From IMG/VR virus record IMGVR_UViG_3300021605_000004, positions 2,689 through 66,688 of that record: DNA of 64,000 nucleotides; one strand, given 5' to 3'. Under the pieces are notes generated by a model. That model made no database searches and was not told the origin of the DNA. It saw nothing but the letters and a program-made list of their open reading frames with translations. Shown piece after piece: positions 50,243 to 58,935 of this stretch. The position numbers and the translations under genes are program-made. Origin of the DNA: a virus. Each line of letters opens with the position of its first letter. Position 1 is the first letter of the stretch.

Positions 50243-51464
50243 GGAAATCTTTTTTATAGTGAAATGATGTGTAGTCTTTTTTGCTTTTTAGAACTTTATA
50301 AATCTTTTCCTCAATTCCGTCCTCCGCGAACACCCAGTAAAGACGCGCCTTTTCAGTGCGTTCTTTGCTGACAATCCGGTTCCGGCCCTGTTCATACGAG
50401 AGAAACGAATAAGGTATGTTAATAAAAATGATAGCAAAAGCCGTGTCCAGTCGGACCCCCTCGCGTGAGGAAACGAACTGCCCCAAGAATGTTTTTTCGT
50501 TGTCGGCCTGAAATTCCTCCGGTATCGCTGTCCAGTTCGGGAACACGGCCTTTAGCATCTCAAACTCAGCCACGAAATGATAAAAAACCGCTATTTTCTT
50601 CCCGGCAAACATTTCTTTAATCTTCTCAGCCTTGGCAGACGTAAGGACATGTCCTATCCCGGCCTCGTCCTTCACAGTGCCGCTGCATATCTGGTGGATC
50701 TTGCTCATTTTCTTAACAGCGGTATCGGCCAGGATGGTTGCGCCAGTTCTTCCAGTGAACACTCCGTCCTTGTTTATCCTGTTGATTAATATTTTCTGTC
50801 CTTCCGACATCGGGACGTAAATAACACTTTCTTCAATCCGGTTCTCAAATCCGCTGTCAACCTGAGTCTGTGAGAAAAACAGATGTTTGACGAACGGCTC
50901 AATGTCCTTGATCCTGGCGCCGGAGTAATCGTTAACGGTTCTCCCGTACAAATACTGCACCTTCACGTCCACGAACACCTTTGCCCAGTGGTAAAAGTTC
51001 TTATACTGCGCGAACGGGCTGAACGAACTGATGTAGAACTGGTGGTACAACTGGCTGAAGCTCTCTGGCGAAGGAGTTGCTGACAGATAGATTATTGGTA
51101 GTCCTAACGTAAGGCGCTTGATATCTTTGACGCGCTTACTTTGCTTGGGAAAAGCCGAAAGTGAATGCGATTCATCACAGACCACCAAATCGAATGACCC
51201 CTGAACCTTATGCAGCGAGTCGTAATTGATCACGGTACACTCAAAGTCATTCACATACGACTGGTAATCCGAAACGATGGACGGTATCGCCTTTAGTTTA
51301 GTGACGAACAGAACATTTTTCGCACCGTATTTTTTGATGGTTTCCATGGCGATGATCGTCTTGCCAGTTCTTGTCTCACAGCACAGATAGGCTATTTTAT
51401 GATCGCGCAAAGATTGACTTGCTTTGTCCGATATATCAATTTGGTAGTCGCGGAGTTGTATCAT
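50097..51464 (-). CDS. SNF2/SF2-like helicase; start revised to MIQLRDYQ
   Basis: LRDYQ, TRTGKT, DESH, LSATP, EGVRL, EQGRNR. Confidence 0.88.
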   Translation of the reverse strand: MIQLRDYQIDISDKASQSLRDHKIAYLCCETRTGKTIIAMETIKKYGAKNVLFVTKLKAIPSIVSDYQSYVNDFECTVINYDSLHKVQGSFDLVVCDESHSLSAFPKQSKRVKDIKRLTLGLPIIYLSATPSPESFSQLYHQFYISSFSPFAQYKNFYHWAKVFVDVKVQYLYGRTVNDYSGARIKDIEPFVKHLFFSQTQVDSGFENRIEESVIYVPMSEGQKILINRINKDGVFTGRTGATILADTAVKKMSKIHQICSGTVKDEAGIGHVLTSAKAEKIKEMFAGKKIAVFYHFVAEFEMLKAVFPNWTAIPEEFQADNEKTFLGQFVSSREGVRLDTAFAIIFINIPYSFLSYEQGRNRIVSKERTEKARLYWVFAEDGIEEKIYKVLKSKKDYTSFHYKKDFHVGVKVPKQANQAVHKSRVVRGEAHTDESKRHLRPTATAQLAITLHGT

Positions 51465-51784
51465 AATTTTGCCTTTATCTCCTTGATGTCGTTCATCAGC
51501 CGCGTCCACTCAGGATTGGTGGCCGACACATTCTCTTGTTCGTATTCGCGGATCTTCAGAAGCGACTCAAGCCATCCTATCACCATACACGCTCCGAAGA
51601 AAACCACAAAGATCACAGGGAATGAAACATACCAATGATCGAAAATCCATGTCTTCAACGGACTGTTGTGCAATAACTTCAGGACGATGTATGCCGTTCC
51701 CATGAACTGAACATAACTGACGTAGGTTCTTGCCCGGTCAAAATATATTTTCCACTTGGCTATTTTGCGTATCGTGATCCTCAT
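51461..51784 (-). CDS. Small two-TM membrane protein
   Basis: Two hydrophobic segments. Confidence 0.6.
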   Translation of the reverse strand: MRITIRKIAKWKIYFDRARTYVSYVQFMGTAYIVLKLLHNSPLKTWIFDHWYVSFPVIFVVFFGACMVIGWLESLLKIREYEQENVSATNPEWTRLMNDIKEIKAKL

Positions 51785-52548
51785 AATGAGCAGTTTTTAC
51801 AGTCACTGCACCTTGCGGTCATCGTTAATGCGTCCTTGCGGAACCGCCTCATATTTGAACCGTTCCAGATGCGGCCAAACTTTTCCGTGAATCCATTCCC
51901 CACCTCATTGTACGAGTAGCATGGAACAAGTGAGCCGTCGGTGTTTATTGTGATGAATGAGAACGGGGCGCGGCAAGTGGTTTTTGTGTTGAAGTCTTTT
52001 GGCCGGGTACTGGGCGCGTTGCCCTCGCAGTACACAGTGAAGCCATCCTCCATTCCGTCGATATGCCCTCCCGTCTGGTTGAACAGTTCTATCGGGATGA
52101 TATTCTCAGCCTGTACGTCCAACCAGTGCTGTGGATTATCATATACCGACACGCGAACCAGCTTTAGGTTCTCGAACTGTTCCAGGAGCCACTGCTTATC
52201 GGTAGTCAAATAATCACCGTTGGTCGTCACGGAGAATGGTATCCCGTACATGTCAACGGTATCACAGAACAGCATAAAATGAGGGTGCATCATTGGCTCA
52301 CCCTTACCGGTAATGGCGATGTGCTTCACCTTGTGCTTTATGTTGTGAAGGAACAAATGGAACTTCTCCACGTCCATGTCTTTGGGCTGTGACTTCACCC
52401 ACCGGTTATGCTCAGTATCGGCTAACGTTGGAGAGTGGTACGGGCAGAACGAACATGTCCGGTTGCACCGGTTGGTGATATTTACCGCCAGATACAGTGG
52501 GAGCGGGCTGAAGCCCTGCGCGGCCTTATAAATCAAATTTTTTACCAT
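51781..52548 (-). CDS. Radical SAM/SPASM protein
   Basis: CNRTCSFC, GEPMMHP, TTNG, CRAPF...DGSLVPC...CKNC. Confidence 0.9.
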   Translation of the reverse strand: MVKNLIYKAAQGFSPLPLYLAVNITNRCNRTCSFCPYHSPTLADTEHNRWVKSQPKDMDVEKFHLFLHNIKHKVKHIAITGKGEPMMHPHFMLFCDTVDMYGIPFSVTTNGDYLTTDKQWLLEQFENLKLVRVSVYDNPQHWLDVQAENIIPIELFNQTGGHIDGMEDGFTVYCEGNAPSTRPKDFNTKTTCRAPFSFITINTDGSLVPCYSYNEVGNGFTEKFGRIWNGSNMRRFRKDALTMTARCSDCKNCSL

Positions 52549-53339
52549 CGTTTGAGGATTATGGAAATCATGTCCCGGACAAACCGATACAGGAGATATA
52601 AAACCGTGGAAACCTTGCAGCCATACCGCCAGATGAAATCAAACCGGATTTTATGGTTGCCGATAACGTACTTAAGACGCTTTATCCTGTCGCGGGTATG
52701 CGTCACGGACTCATCCATGATACAAAACACTGAGCCGTAGAACTCAGGCATCCGGGCGAGTTTGTAATGCCTGACCAGTGTTAGAACAATCGGCAAGTCC
52801 CATACGTGAAAGCCCTTGCGGATAAACTCATCCATGTCCACATGTGCCTTGAAGTCACACCGGCGGATCATGTAGGACTGGGCATAGATACAGGCCGAAC
52901 CTTTAAGTAAAGTGTCGAAGGTGATCGGCGCGGTGCTGCGGACACTGGTGATGTTATTGCCACGCTCCACCAACACATCATGGACACTTAACGCCACATC
53001 ATCGTGCGCATCCATAAACTCGACTTGTTTTTGAAGTTTGTTATGACTGTAAAACCAGTCGTCCGCGTCACAGAGACTTATGTACTCACCCTTGCACCGG
53101 CTCAGTCCTACCGCGTAGTTCTTCATCATGCCCAGGTGCTGCGGAAACTCAATACATGACAACAAGTTGTTGTCATAATATTCTTGGATTATCCCCCGAC
53201 TCCCGTCCGTTGAACCGTCATCACAGACGATGATCTGGACTGGGAACGTTGTAACCTGCGCCAGGACGCTGTCGATGGCGCGGCGGACAGTGGATACGTG
53301 GTTGTAGCAGGTGATGAGGACTGAGACTTTGTATGTCAT
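52542..53339 (-). CDS. GT2-family glycosyltransferase
   Basis: VSVLITCYNH, CDDGSTDGS, GEYISLCDADD, KLQKQV. Confidence 0.9.
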   Translation of the reverse strand: MTYKVSVLITCYNHVSTVRRAIDSVLAQVTTFPVQIIVCDDGSTDGSRGIIQEYYDNNLLSCIEFPQHLGMMKNYAVGLSRCKGEYISLCDADDWFYSHNKLQKQVEFMDAHDDVALSVHDVLVERGNNITSVRSTAPITFDTLLKGSACIYAQSYMIRRCDFKAHVDMDEFIRKGFHVWDLPIVLTLVRHYKLARMPEFYGSVFCIMDESVTHTRDRIKRLKYVIGNHKIRFDFIWRYGCKVSTVLYLLYRFVRDMISIILKRW

Positions 53340-53950
53340 AAGAGTGTGAGTTGTTTGTTTTCAGGAGTTGCTGCACTAATTCTCGCCGTGGCTATCTGGA
53401 TATATTCTTCCTGTAACTCAGAACCAATAAAATTGAATCCTTCCTGTTTACAGGAGATTAACGTAGATCCACTTCCTGAGAACGGATCATAGACTAAACC
53501 ATTTGGCTGAGTGACAAGCCTTACCAAATAGCGCATTAAGGCCAGTGGTTTTACCGTTGGGTGGTTGTTCTTTTGTGGAGTTGTAAATCCGTGCATTCTG
53601 TCAACAAACGGATCTCCGGTTCTGTTTCGGTACTCGTCGTCTTTATGCTTTGGTTCTATGCCACCGCAACCCATATTCCTTTCGGAAGGACTTACCTTGG
53701 CGCAGTAAAAGAATCGGGCAGCGGAACCCTTATCGCCATAAAATGATTCACCGTCGTCACCTTTCTGTGAGAAGTCGCCATAAATACCATTCGACTTACC
53801 ATCCATGCCACGCTTTACCGGAGCAGCAGCACCGCCATTTATCGGAAACATCGCCACCACTTCATCCTTTCCTGAATTTGGTAAAATATTAAACATTGCC
53901 TTAATATCATTAGGCATTTTATCGTACAACGGCTGTTCTATTTTTACCAT
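53336..53950 (-). CDS. C-terminal half of a split N4/N6 DNA methyltransferase
   Basis: GSAARFFYCAK, NHPTVKP, SAM motif DPFSGSGST; no DPPY. Confidence 0.88.
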   Translation of the reverse strand: MVKIEQPLYDKMPNDIKAMFNILPNSGKDEVVAMFPINGGAAAPVKRGMDGKSNGIYGDFSQKGDDGESFYGDKGSAARFFYCAKVSPSERNMGCGGIEPKHKDDEYRNRTGDPFVDRMHGFTTPQKNNHPTVKPLALMRYLVRLVTQPNGLVYDPFSGSGSTLISCKQEGFNFIGSELQEEYIQIATARISAATPENKQLTLL

Positions 53951-54563
53951 TTCTTCTGCCTTTAAAATTTGGAACGTATTTTCTGTTATGTTCTTCGCAA
54001 TGGCATTTACAACATAGCGTTATCCCATTTTCAATATCCCACAACTCATTGCAAACCCTTGCATCATTTCTGCTTTTAATGTTAAAAATCTCGATAATCT
54101 TTGACAATTCAATTTTATGGTGGCTTTCTAATTCATCAATACTGCCACATCTTACACACTTACCATCGCGTATCTTCACGGCATCCATCCAATTTCTATT
54201 TTCAGTCATTGTCCTAATAGAAATATTTAATCTGGAAATTCCGCCTTTCCATTGATAATGATTTTCACCACGGCATTTTTTTCCACGATCAATTATCTTA
54301 TTTCGATTTTCGGCACACCATTTTTTATGTGATTCTGAACGCTTTATGTTTGATTCTTTGCTTTTAGGTATTCCAGATAAATGATTTGTACCCTTTAATC
54401 TGCCAAGTTGCAATGATTCTTTTTGACAATCGGTAATAGGAAATATTTTTTTACATTGTTCTCGGTGTTTATAACACGCAACATATCTAACTTTAACCAA
54501 CTCATGTGGTCGTCGATACATTGGTTTATCACAAATAAAACATTTACAATTAGGTGTTCTCAT
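53919..54563 (-). CDS. Free-standing HNH endonuclease splitting the methyltransferase
   Basis: RGENHYQWKGG, RDGKCVRCG..LESHH, NGITLCCKCH. Confidence 0.9.
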   Translation of the reverse strand: MRTPNCKCFICDKPMYRRPHELVKVRYVACYKHREQCKKIFPITDCQKESLQLGRLKGTNHLSGIPKSKESNIKRSESHKKWCAENRNKIIDRGKKCRGENHYQWKGGISRLNISIRTMTENRNWMDAVKIRDGKCVRCGSIDELESHHKIELSKIIEIFNIKSRNDARVCNELWDIENGITLCCKCHCEEHNRKYVPNFKGRRNGKNRTAVVR

Positions 54564-56592
54564 TCAGCCATTTATAAAGTTTATCTTTTTGTTCCTTGCT
54601 TAAATTATCTTTACAAAGACACTCATTTTCTGGATAAGAAACAATAAGGTTGGCGGGGAACCTACCTGAACTTGGTACTCCAGTTAATTTATTATTCTCG
54701 TTTTTAAATCCACTCCCATCTTTCCATAACGGGGCCTCACGTTCTTTACGTTCAACGGTACGTAGCATATCGTCAACTTCGGGGTTTGTTTCAACCCTAC
54801 ACCCGTCAATATTTATCCCACCCGTTCCCCACTTCAGGACGTTTTCGGCTACCGTTTTCTCCGATAGCGGCTTGCGAGCAATCGTGATCAGTTCCATTGC
54901 GGGTTTTAGTGCGGTTCCCCAACCATCCCATTGCTTTGCGGCATCGGTGGCGGGGGCGGTGATGTCAAATTCTTTTTCTCCTGCAAAATTCGATATTGTT
55001 CCCCCCGTTAATCCAGCACAACCAGTACCTATTACTTCTCGTTCTGCTTGTTGTATATTTTCAAATGGTAATTCCAAAAAGTTCTTAATTGTATTATACT
55101 GTTCCGTGGTAATTCCTTGAGTTTTTTGTTTATTCCATAACCATCCTGTTGGATTCCCATTTTTACTTGGGAATAACATTGTAAGTTCTTTTCTACTTAT
55201 CCCTTTTTCATCTGCAATATTTAAGATATAATCAATAAACCAACCAAGTGAAGTTCCATTCTGCTTATCCAACGCCTTACTGATGGATAGACTTTTCGGG
55301 AAGCCTGAATTGCCCGTAATAAAAATTTTGCCATTTCTTCTGGCTACAAATGCTCCAGTTGGGACTTCAACACACCAAACATTCCCCTTGTACTCTATGG
55401 GGGTTATCGTTGCTCTTGTGATTCGTGTAGTTTGTGTGCTTGATTGGTTTGAAACAACATTAGATTCTCTATCCTGTTGTCCTGCGGGTTGTGATTTAAG
55501 TGATGAACAACCTCTGTTCTTAAAAGCGTTCTGTTTATTGATTTTGCCATTATCAATCGGTGTTCCATTACATATCCGTCTTTTCGAGCCATGCCCATAA
55601 ATTCTATCGGACACCTCACGTATTTTATAGGTAAATAATTCCCATGTTTTTTGAAATAAGTCACACCGCCCTTCCATGCAGGATTTAATTCCCCCCGTAA
55701 TCCAGTTCCGGGAAATTTCAAACCTGTTCTGTCGAATTTGTTTGCTGTCAAATTTATGCCCCTCAGTTTCCCGTTGCACCGATTTGAGCAAGTTGGATTT
55801 TTTATTTTCTTTAACCACGCATTCGGTTTCCACACTTGTTTGTGGCACACAGGGCAGGTTATTAATGTCTTTTGTTGTTGTTCTATTGGGATAATTGGCA
55901 AAATTCTGTTTCTCAGAAGTAATTTGCTTCTGCACGGTATGGAGCAGGTCTTGTTTCGTAATGCTTGTTCCTTGTTCCGGGTAGTAAATGGTTTCTGGCA
56001 AATCTGACAAACTTTCCAAAAAGGGTATATTCTCTTGCTGTTCAAGTGTTTCTGCGTAGGCAAATTCTTTTCTTCCGCTTCGTTCAACAATGACACGATG
56101 ATTTCTACTGACAATTTGATCTGTATTATCTGATTGTATTCGGTAAGCGGTATGTTTGTTTTCATAATGATAGCTCTTTGTAGGAACGTGAAATTCAAAT
56201 TTATTTTCATTACAAAGATAACATAATACGGGATTAAATGCAATGTTTTTATTGTATCGTTCCCACCCGTTTATTGTTAATATTTCGGTATCTTCAGATA
56301 AGCATCCGTACACCCACGCAATTATATCACGTAACTCAAATCCTGCATCTTCGATATTCACAGCCATCCGATGTTGGGTGCGGGTTCCACAGAAACACAG
56401 TAGGTATCCTCCGGGCTTCAATACTCGCAGACATTCGGTGAAGGTTGCCACGTCCGGGATAGAGTAATCCCACTTCTTTCCCATGAAGGAAATTCCGTAT
56501 GGAGGATCTGTGACAATGGAATCCAGAAAATTATCTGGCATCCGCTTCATGGTTTCCAGATTTGATTCGTTGTATATCCTGTTCACTTCCAT
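54550..56592 (-). CDS. N-terminal half of a split DNA methyltransferase, containing an intein
   Basis: DSIVTDPPY, AWVYG|intein|SGFPKS, WDGWGTALKPA, GTGGINIDGCRV, GRFPANL; no SAM motif I. Confidence 0.9.
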   Translation of the reverse strand: MEVNRIYNESNLETMKRMPDNFLDSIVTDPPYGISFMGKKWDYSIPDVATFTECLRVLKPGGYLLCFCGTRTQHRMAVNIEDAGFELRDIIAWVYGCLSEDTEILTINGWERYNKNIAFNPVLCYLCNENKFEFHVPTKSYHYENKHTAYRIQSDNTDQIVSRNHRVIVERSGRKEFAYAETLEQQENIPFLESLSDLPETIYYPEQGTSITKQDLLHTVQKQITSEKQNFANYPNRTTTKDINNLPCVPQTSVETECVVKENKKSNLLKSVQRETEGHKFDSKQIRQNRFEISRNWITGGIKSCMEGRCDLFQKTWELFTYKIREVSDRIYGHGSKRRICNGTPIDNGKINKQNAFKNRGCSSLKSQPAGQQDRESNVVSNQSSTQTTRITRATITPIEYKGNVWCVEVPTGAFVARRNGKIFITGNSGFPKSLSISKALDKQNGTSLGWFIDYILNIADEKGISRKELTMLFPSKNGNPTGWLWNKQKTQGITTEQYNTIKNFLELPFENIQQAEREVIGTGCAGLTGGTISNFAGEKEFDITAPATDAAKQWDGWGTALKPAMELITIARKPLSEKTVAENVLKWGTGGINIDGCRVETNPEVDDMLRTVERKEREAPLWKDGSGFKNENNKLTGVPSSGRFPANLIVSYPENECLCKDNLSKEQKDKLYKWLNENT
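55309..56304 (-). mobile_element. Intein, 332 aa
   Basis: Block A CLSEDTEILTINGW, block B VSRNHRV, blocks F/G YKGNVWCVEVPTGAFVARRNGKIFITGN, +1 Ser; removal restores VYG-SGFPKS. Confidence 0.92.
55404..56165 (-). CDS. HNH endonuclease with Zn fingers nested in the intein, +1 frame; start uncertain (frame open to 56243)
   Basis: CQIC/CSIPC, CPVC/CSNRC, RGELNPAWKGG, GYVMEHRLIM, VVHHLNHNPQDNRIENL. Confidence 0.85.
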   Translation of the reverse strand: MKTNIPLTEYNQIIQIKLSVEIIVSLLNEAEEKNLPTQKHLNSKRIYPFWKVCQICQKPFTTRNKEQALRNKTCSIPCRSKLLLRNRILPIIPIEQQQKTLITCPVCHKQVWKPNAWLKKIKNPTCSNRCNGKLRGINLTANKFDRTGLKFPGTGLRGELNPAWKGGVTYFKKHGNYLPIKYVRCPIEFMGMARKDGYVMEHRLIMAKSINRTLLRTEVVHHLNHNPQDNRIENLMLFQTNQAHKLHESQEQR

Positions 56593-56700
56593 ATTTTTGG
56601 CCTCCCTTGGTACTGCGCCAGTACGCTGTCGATGGCGCGGCGGACGGTGGATACGTGGTTGAAGCAGGTGATGAGGACTGAGACTTTATACATCATAAGA
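56573..56700 (-). pseudogene. Chimeric duplication scar: GT2 5' end fused to the 3' end of gene 57736-58050
   Basis: 56613-56700 matches 53256-53343 (6 mismatches in 88 bp); 56573-56617 matches 57726-57770 (1 in 45 bp). Confidence 0.9.
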
Positions 56701-57745
56701 ATAATCCTATTTGGTCTGTAATTCTTTTTTCTGCGATTTTGATATAGGCTGGATTGAGTTCAAATCCGATGTAGTTTCTATTTAGTTTTCTGGCCACTAA
56801 AGCTGTCGTTCCAGCACCCATGAATGGATCAAGAACTACCCCCCCCTCTGGACATCCGGCCAGTATGCAGGGCTGAATTAACTTTTCAGGAAACGTGGCG
56901 AAATGAGCATCTGTAAACGGTTTGGTTGTTACAGTCCAGACTGACTTTTTATTAGCCATGCCATTTCCAATTACACTTCCATCTTCATCATAATTACCTG
57001 AATGGTGGGCAAGTTTTTTATCTCCAGTGCCACGGTGGTCATAACCTTTTCTTAACTCACCAACCACCTTCATGTTCCCATTTGTTTTACAGGGTACGCG
57101 TTCACTACCTGTTTGATTTTCTATGTCCTGAAGCAATCGCTGAATCGACGCATCTTTTATCGGTGTTTTTATAGACTCGGCGTCGTAGTAGTATTTCTGC
57201 GACTTGCTCAATAGGAAAATATACTCATGCGCCTTTGTGCAACGGTCTGTGACAGATTCTGGCATGGGGTTCGGTTTGTTCCAGATTATATCCTGCCTTA
57301 AATACCACCCATCGGCACGCAAGGCAAAGGCGACCATCCAAGGAATTCCTATTAGGTCTTTGGGCTTAATAATAGAATGTTTCCTATCAGTAGGTCGTGT
57401 TTCCCCCTTGCCTGATATTTGATGTTGGCTACCTTCAATAGTATTACGATCCAAATGTTCCGTACTCCATGCCTGACCTGATTGACCTTTGCCACCCCAA
57501 TACGAATCCCCAAGATTTAACCATAACGTGCCGTCATTTTGAAGAACACGCTTCACTTCTCTGAACGCCTGAACCAATTTTGCAACGTAGGCTTCTGGTG
57601 TTTCCTCTAAACCTATCTGATCAACCGTTCCGTAATCCCTCAATCCATAATAAGGCGGCGATGTAACACAACAATCCACTGATTTATCAGCAATATCAGC
57701 CATGCCAGTAATACAGTTCGTGTTATATATCCTGTTCACTTCCAT
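56693..57745 (-). CDS. Site-specific DNA methyltransferase (N4/N6, beta-type motif order)
   Basis: VTSPPY, LNLGDSY, WYLRQDIIWNKPNPMPES, HFATFP, DPFMGAGTT. Confidence 0.93.
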   Translation of the reverse strand: MEVNRIYNTNCITGMADIADKSVDCCVTSPPYYGLRDYGTVDQIGLEETPEAYVAKLVQAFREVKRVLQNDGTLWLNLGDSYWGGKGQSGQAWSTEHLDRNTIEGSQHQISGKGETRPTDRKHSIIKPKDLIGIPWMVAFALRADGWYLRQDIIWNKPNPMPESVTDRCTKAHEYIFLLSKSQKYYYDAESIKTPIKDASIQRLLQDIENQTGSERVPCKTNGNMKVVGELRKGYDHRGTGDKKLAHHSGNYDEDGSVIGNGMANKKSVWTVTTKPFTDAHFATFPEKLIQPCILAGCPEGGVVLDPFMGAGTTALVARKLNRNYIGFELNPAYIKIAEKRITDQIGLFL

Positions 57746-58050
57746 ATTTTTGGCCTCCCCTGGTACTGCGGCAATGACGCCAAGTCGCTCTCTGGTTCGG
57801 GTTCTATAACTTTAGGCTTAACTGGCTCTTTCTTACCCGCCTCCACCGGCTGTATCTCATATCCAACCGGGCAGTTATCGTACCCGAAGGAAATAAACTC
57901 AACGGACAAGCCGAGGCCTTCTAAAGTTTCTTTGATTAAGTCGCGATATGCCCTGAGATCATTCTGCCCGAACCGGTGCGAGACGGAAATTGCCTTGCCG
58001 TGAGTGGACTTGAGGGTGATTTGGAGTGTCGTAAGGTGTAGGGATGTCAT
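57736..58050 (-). CDS. Hypothetical protein
   Basis: Coupled ORF. Confidence 0.6.
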   Translation of the reverse strand: MTSLHLTTLQITLKSTHGKAISVSHRFGQNDLRAYRDLIKETLEGLGLSVEFISFGYDNCPVGYEIQPVEAGKKEPVKPKVIEPEPESDLASLPQYQGRPKIWK

Positions 58051-58679
58051 GGCTCAAGTGTGATTATGTAATAATTCTCCTGAATACCAATAGCATCTCC
58101 ATTTGAGTTAAAACATTTTGCTAAATATTTAGGATTACAATGAGTTATCCTGTGGCCACTACCAATACTGTGAATATGCCTTTTACCACAATAAGGACAC
58201 GGAGAACAAACACCTCCTTCATTTCTTTTTTGATATATAACAGGACATTGATATTTTGCTGGATTTAACTTTGATGTACGTATTTCAATCACATCAACAT
58301 TTGTTGCAGTTTCTATAAAATCAACAAAATCCTCCTCAATCTGAAACATTTTAGCTTTTTTACCATTCTTTATTCCATAATAACCTATCTGTGAATATTT
58401 TTCAGCCATCCTGTTTATAAACTCCATTGACATTCTGTCTTCTATCGAATGACAAATTGTTTTCCATCCATGTCCTCCTTCGGGACGTTCACTGCCTGTT
58501 AAGTGAACCATGTGAAAATGCTGTTGCTTTTCATTGAACTCCAACCTGAACATCATTTTTTCCATCTTTGTAATATCTAATAAATTAATCCCCCTTCCGC
58601 AAAAGGCTAATCGAGTACAAGCCAATAGGCGAGAATCGCAGTTGCAGTCGGGGGATTGAATGTTTTTATGAGTTGTCAT
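58047..58679 (-). CDS. Hypothetical protein with C-terminal CPYC..H Zn motif; start may be internal
   Basis: CPYCGKRHIHS..GHRITHC. Confidence 0.55.
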   Translation of the reverse strand: MTTHKNIQSPDCNCDSRLLACTRLAFCGRGINLLDITKMEKMMFRLEFNEKQQHFHMVHLTGSERPEGGHGWKTICHSIEDRMSMEFINRMAEKYSQIGYYGIKNGKKAKMFQIEEDFVDFIETATNVDVIEIRTSKLNPAKYQCPVIYQKRNEGGVCSPCPYCGKRHIHSIGSGHRITHCNPKYLAKCFNSNGDAIGIQENYYIITLEP

Positions 58680-58697
58680 TGTACCAGATTAGCGACC

Positions 58698-58778
58698 GCA
58701 ATATACACCCGAATATTAGAATAACCAAACAAAACTTACTAACAATTTGGAGTTTCGAATAATTTGCTATTATCTTTG
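58698..58778. promoter_or_regulatory. Back-to-back Bacteroidota promoters
   Basis: Plus strand: TTTG (58746)-N21-TATCTTTG (58771); minus strand: TTTG-N20-TATATTGC. Confidence 0.65.
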
Positions 58779-58935
58779 CCGGTGAAGACTGACAACTTCA
58801 TCACATGTTTGGGATTACCTTAAAAGAAATTTTAACTCATAATCTGTCGGTGGTAGTAATAACCGTTCGGACCCAAACCCGTTATGGCTATTGGTATGTC
58901 AAAACCCCACCGGCAGATTTTTTATCCTATTGCGT

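Noticed and set aside
53876-54642. Split intein or group I intron around the free-standing HNH
   Set aside because: The appended peptides lack intein blocks and a terminal HN/C-S-T junction; the ORFs overlap, leaving no non-coding space for a ribozyme
53336-57745. Restriction-modification system
   Set aside because: The only nucleases are homing-type HNHs inside the MTase locus; no cognate restriction enzyme is visible
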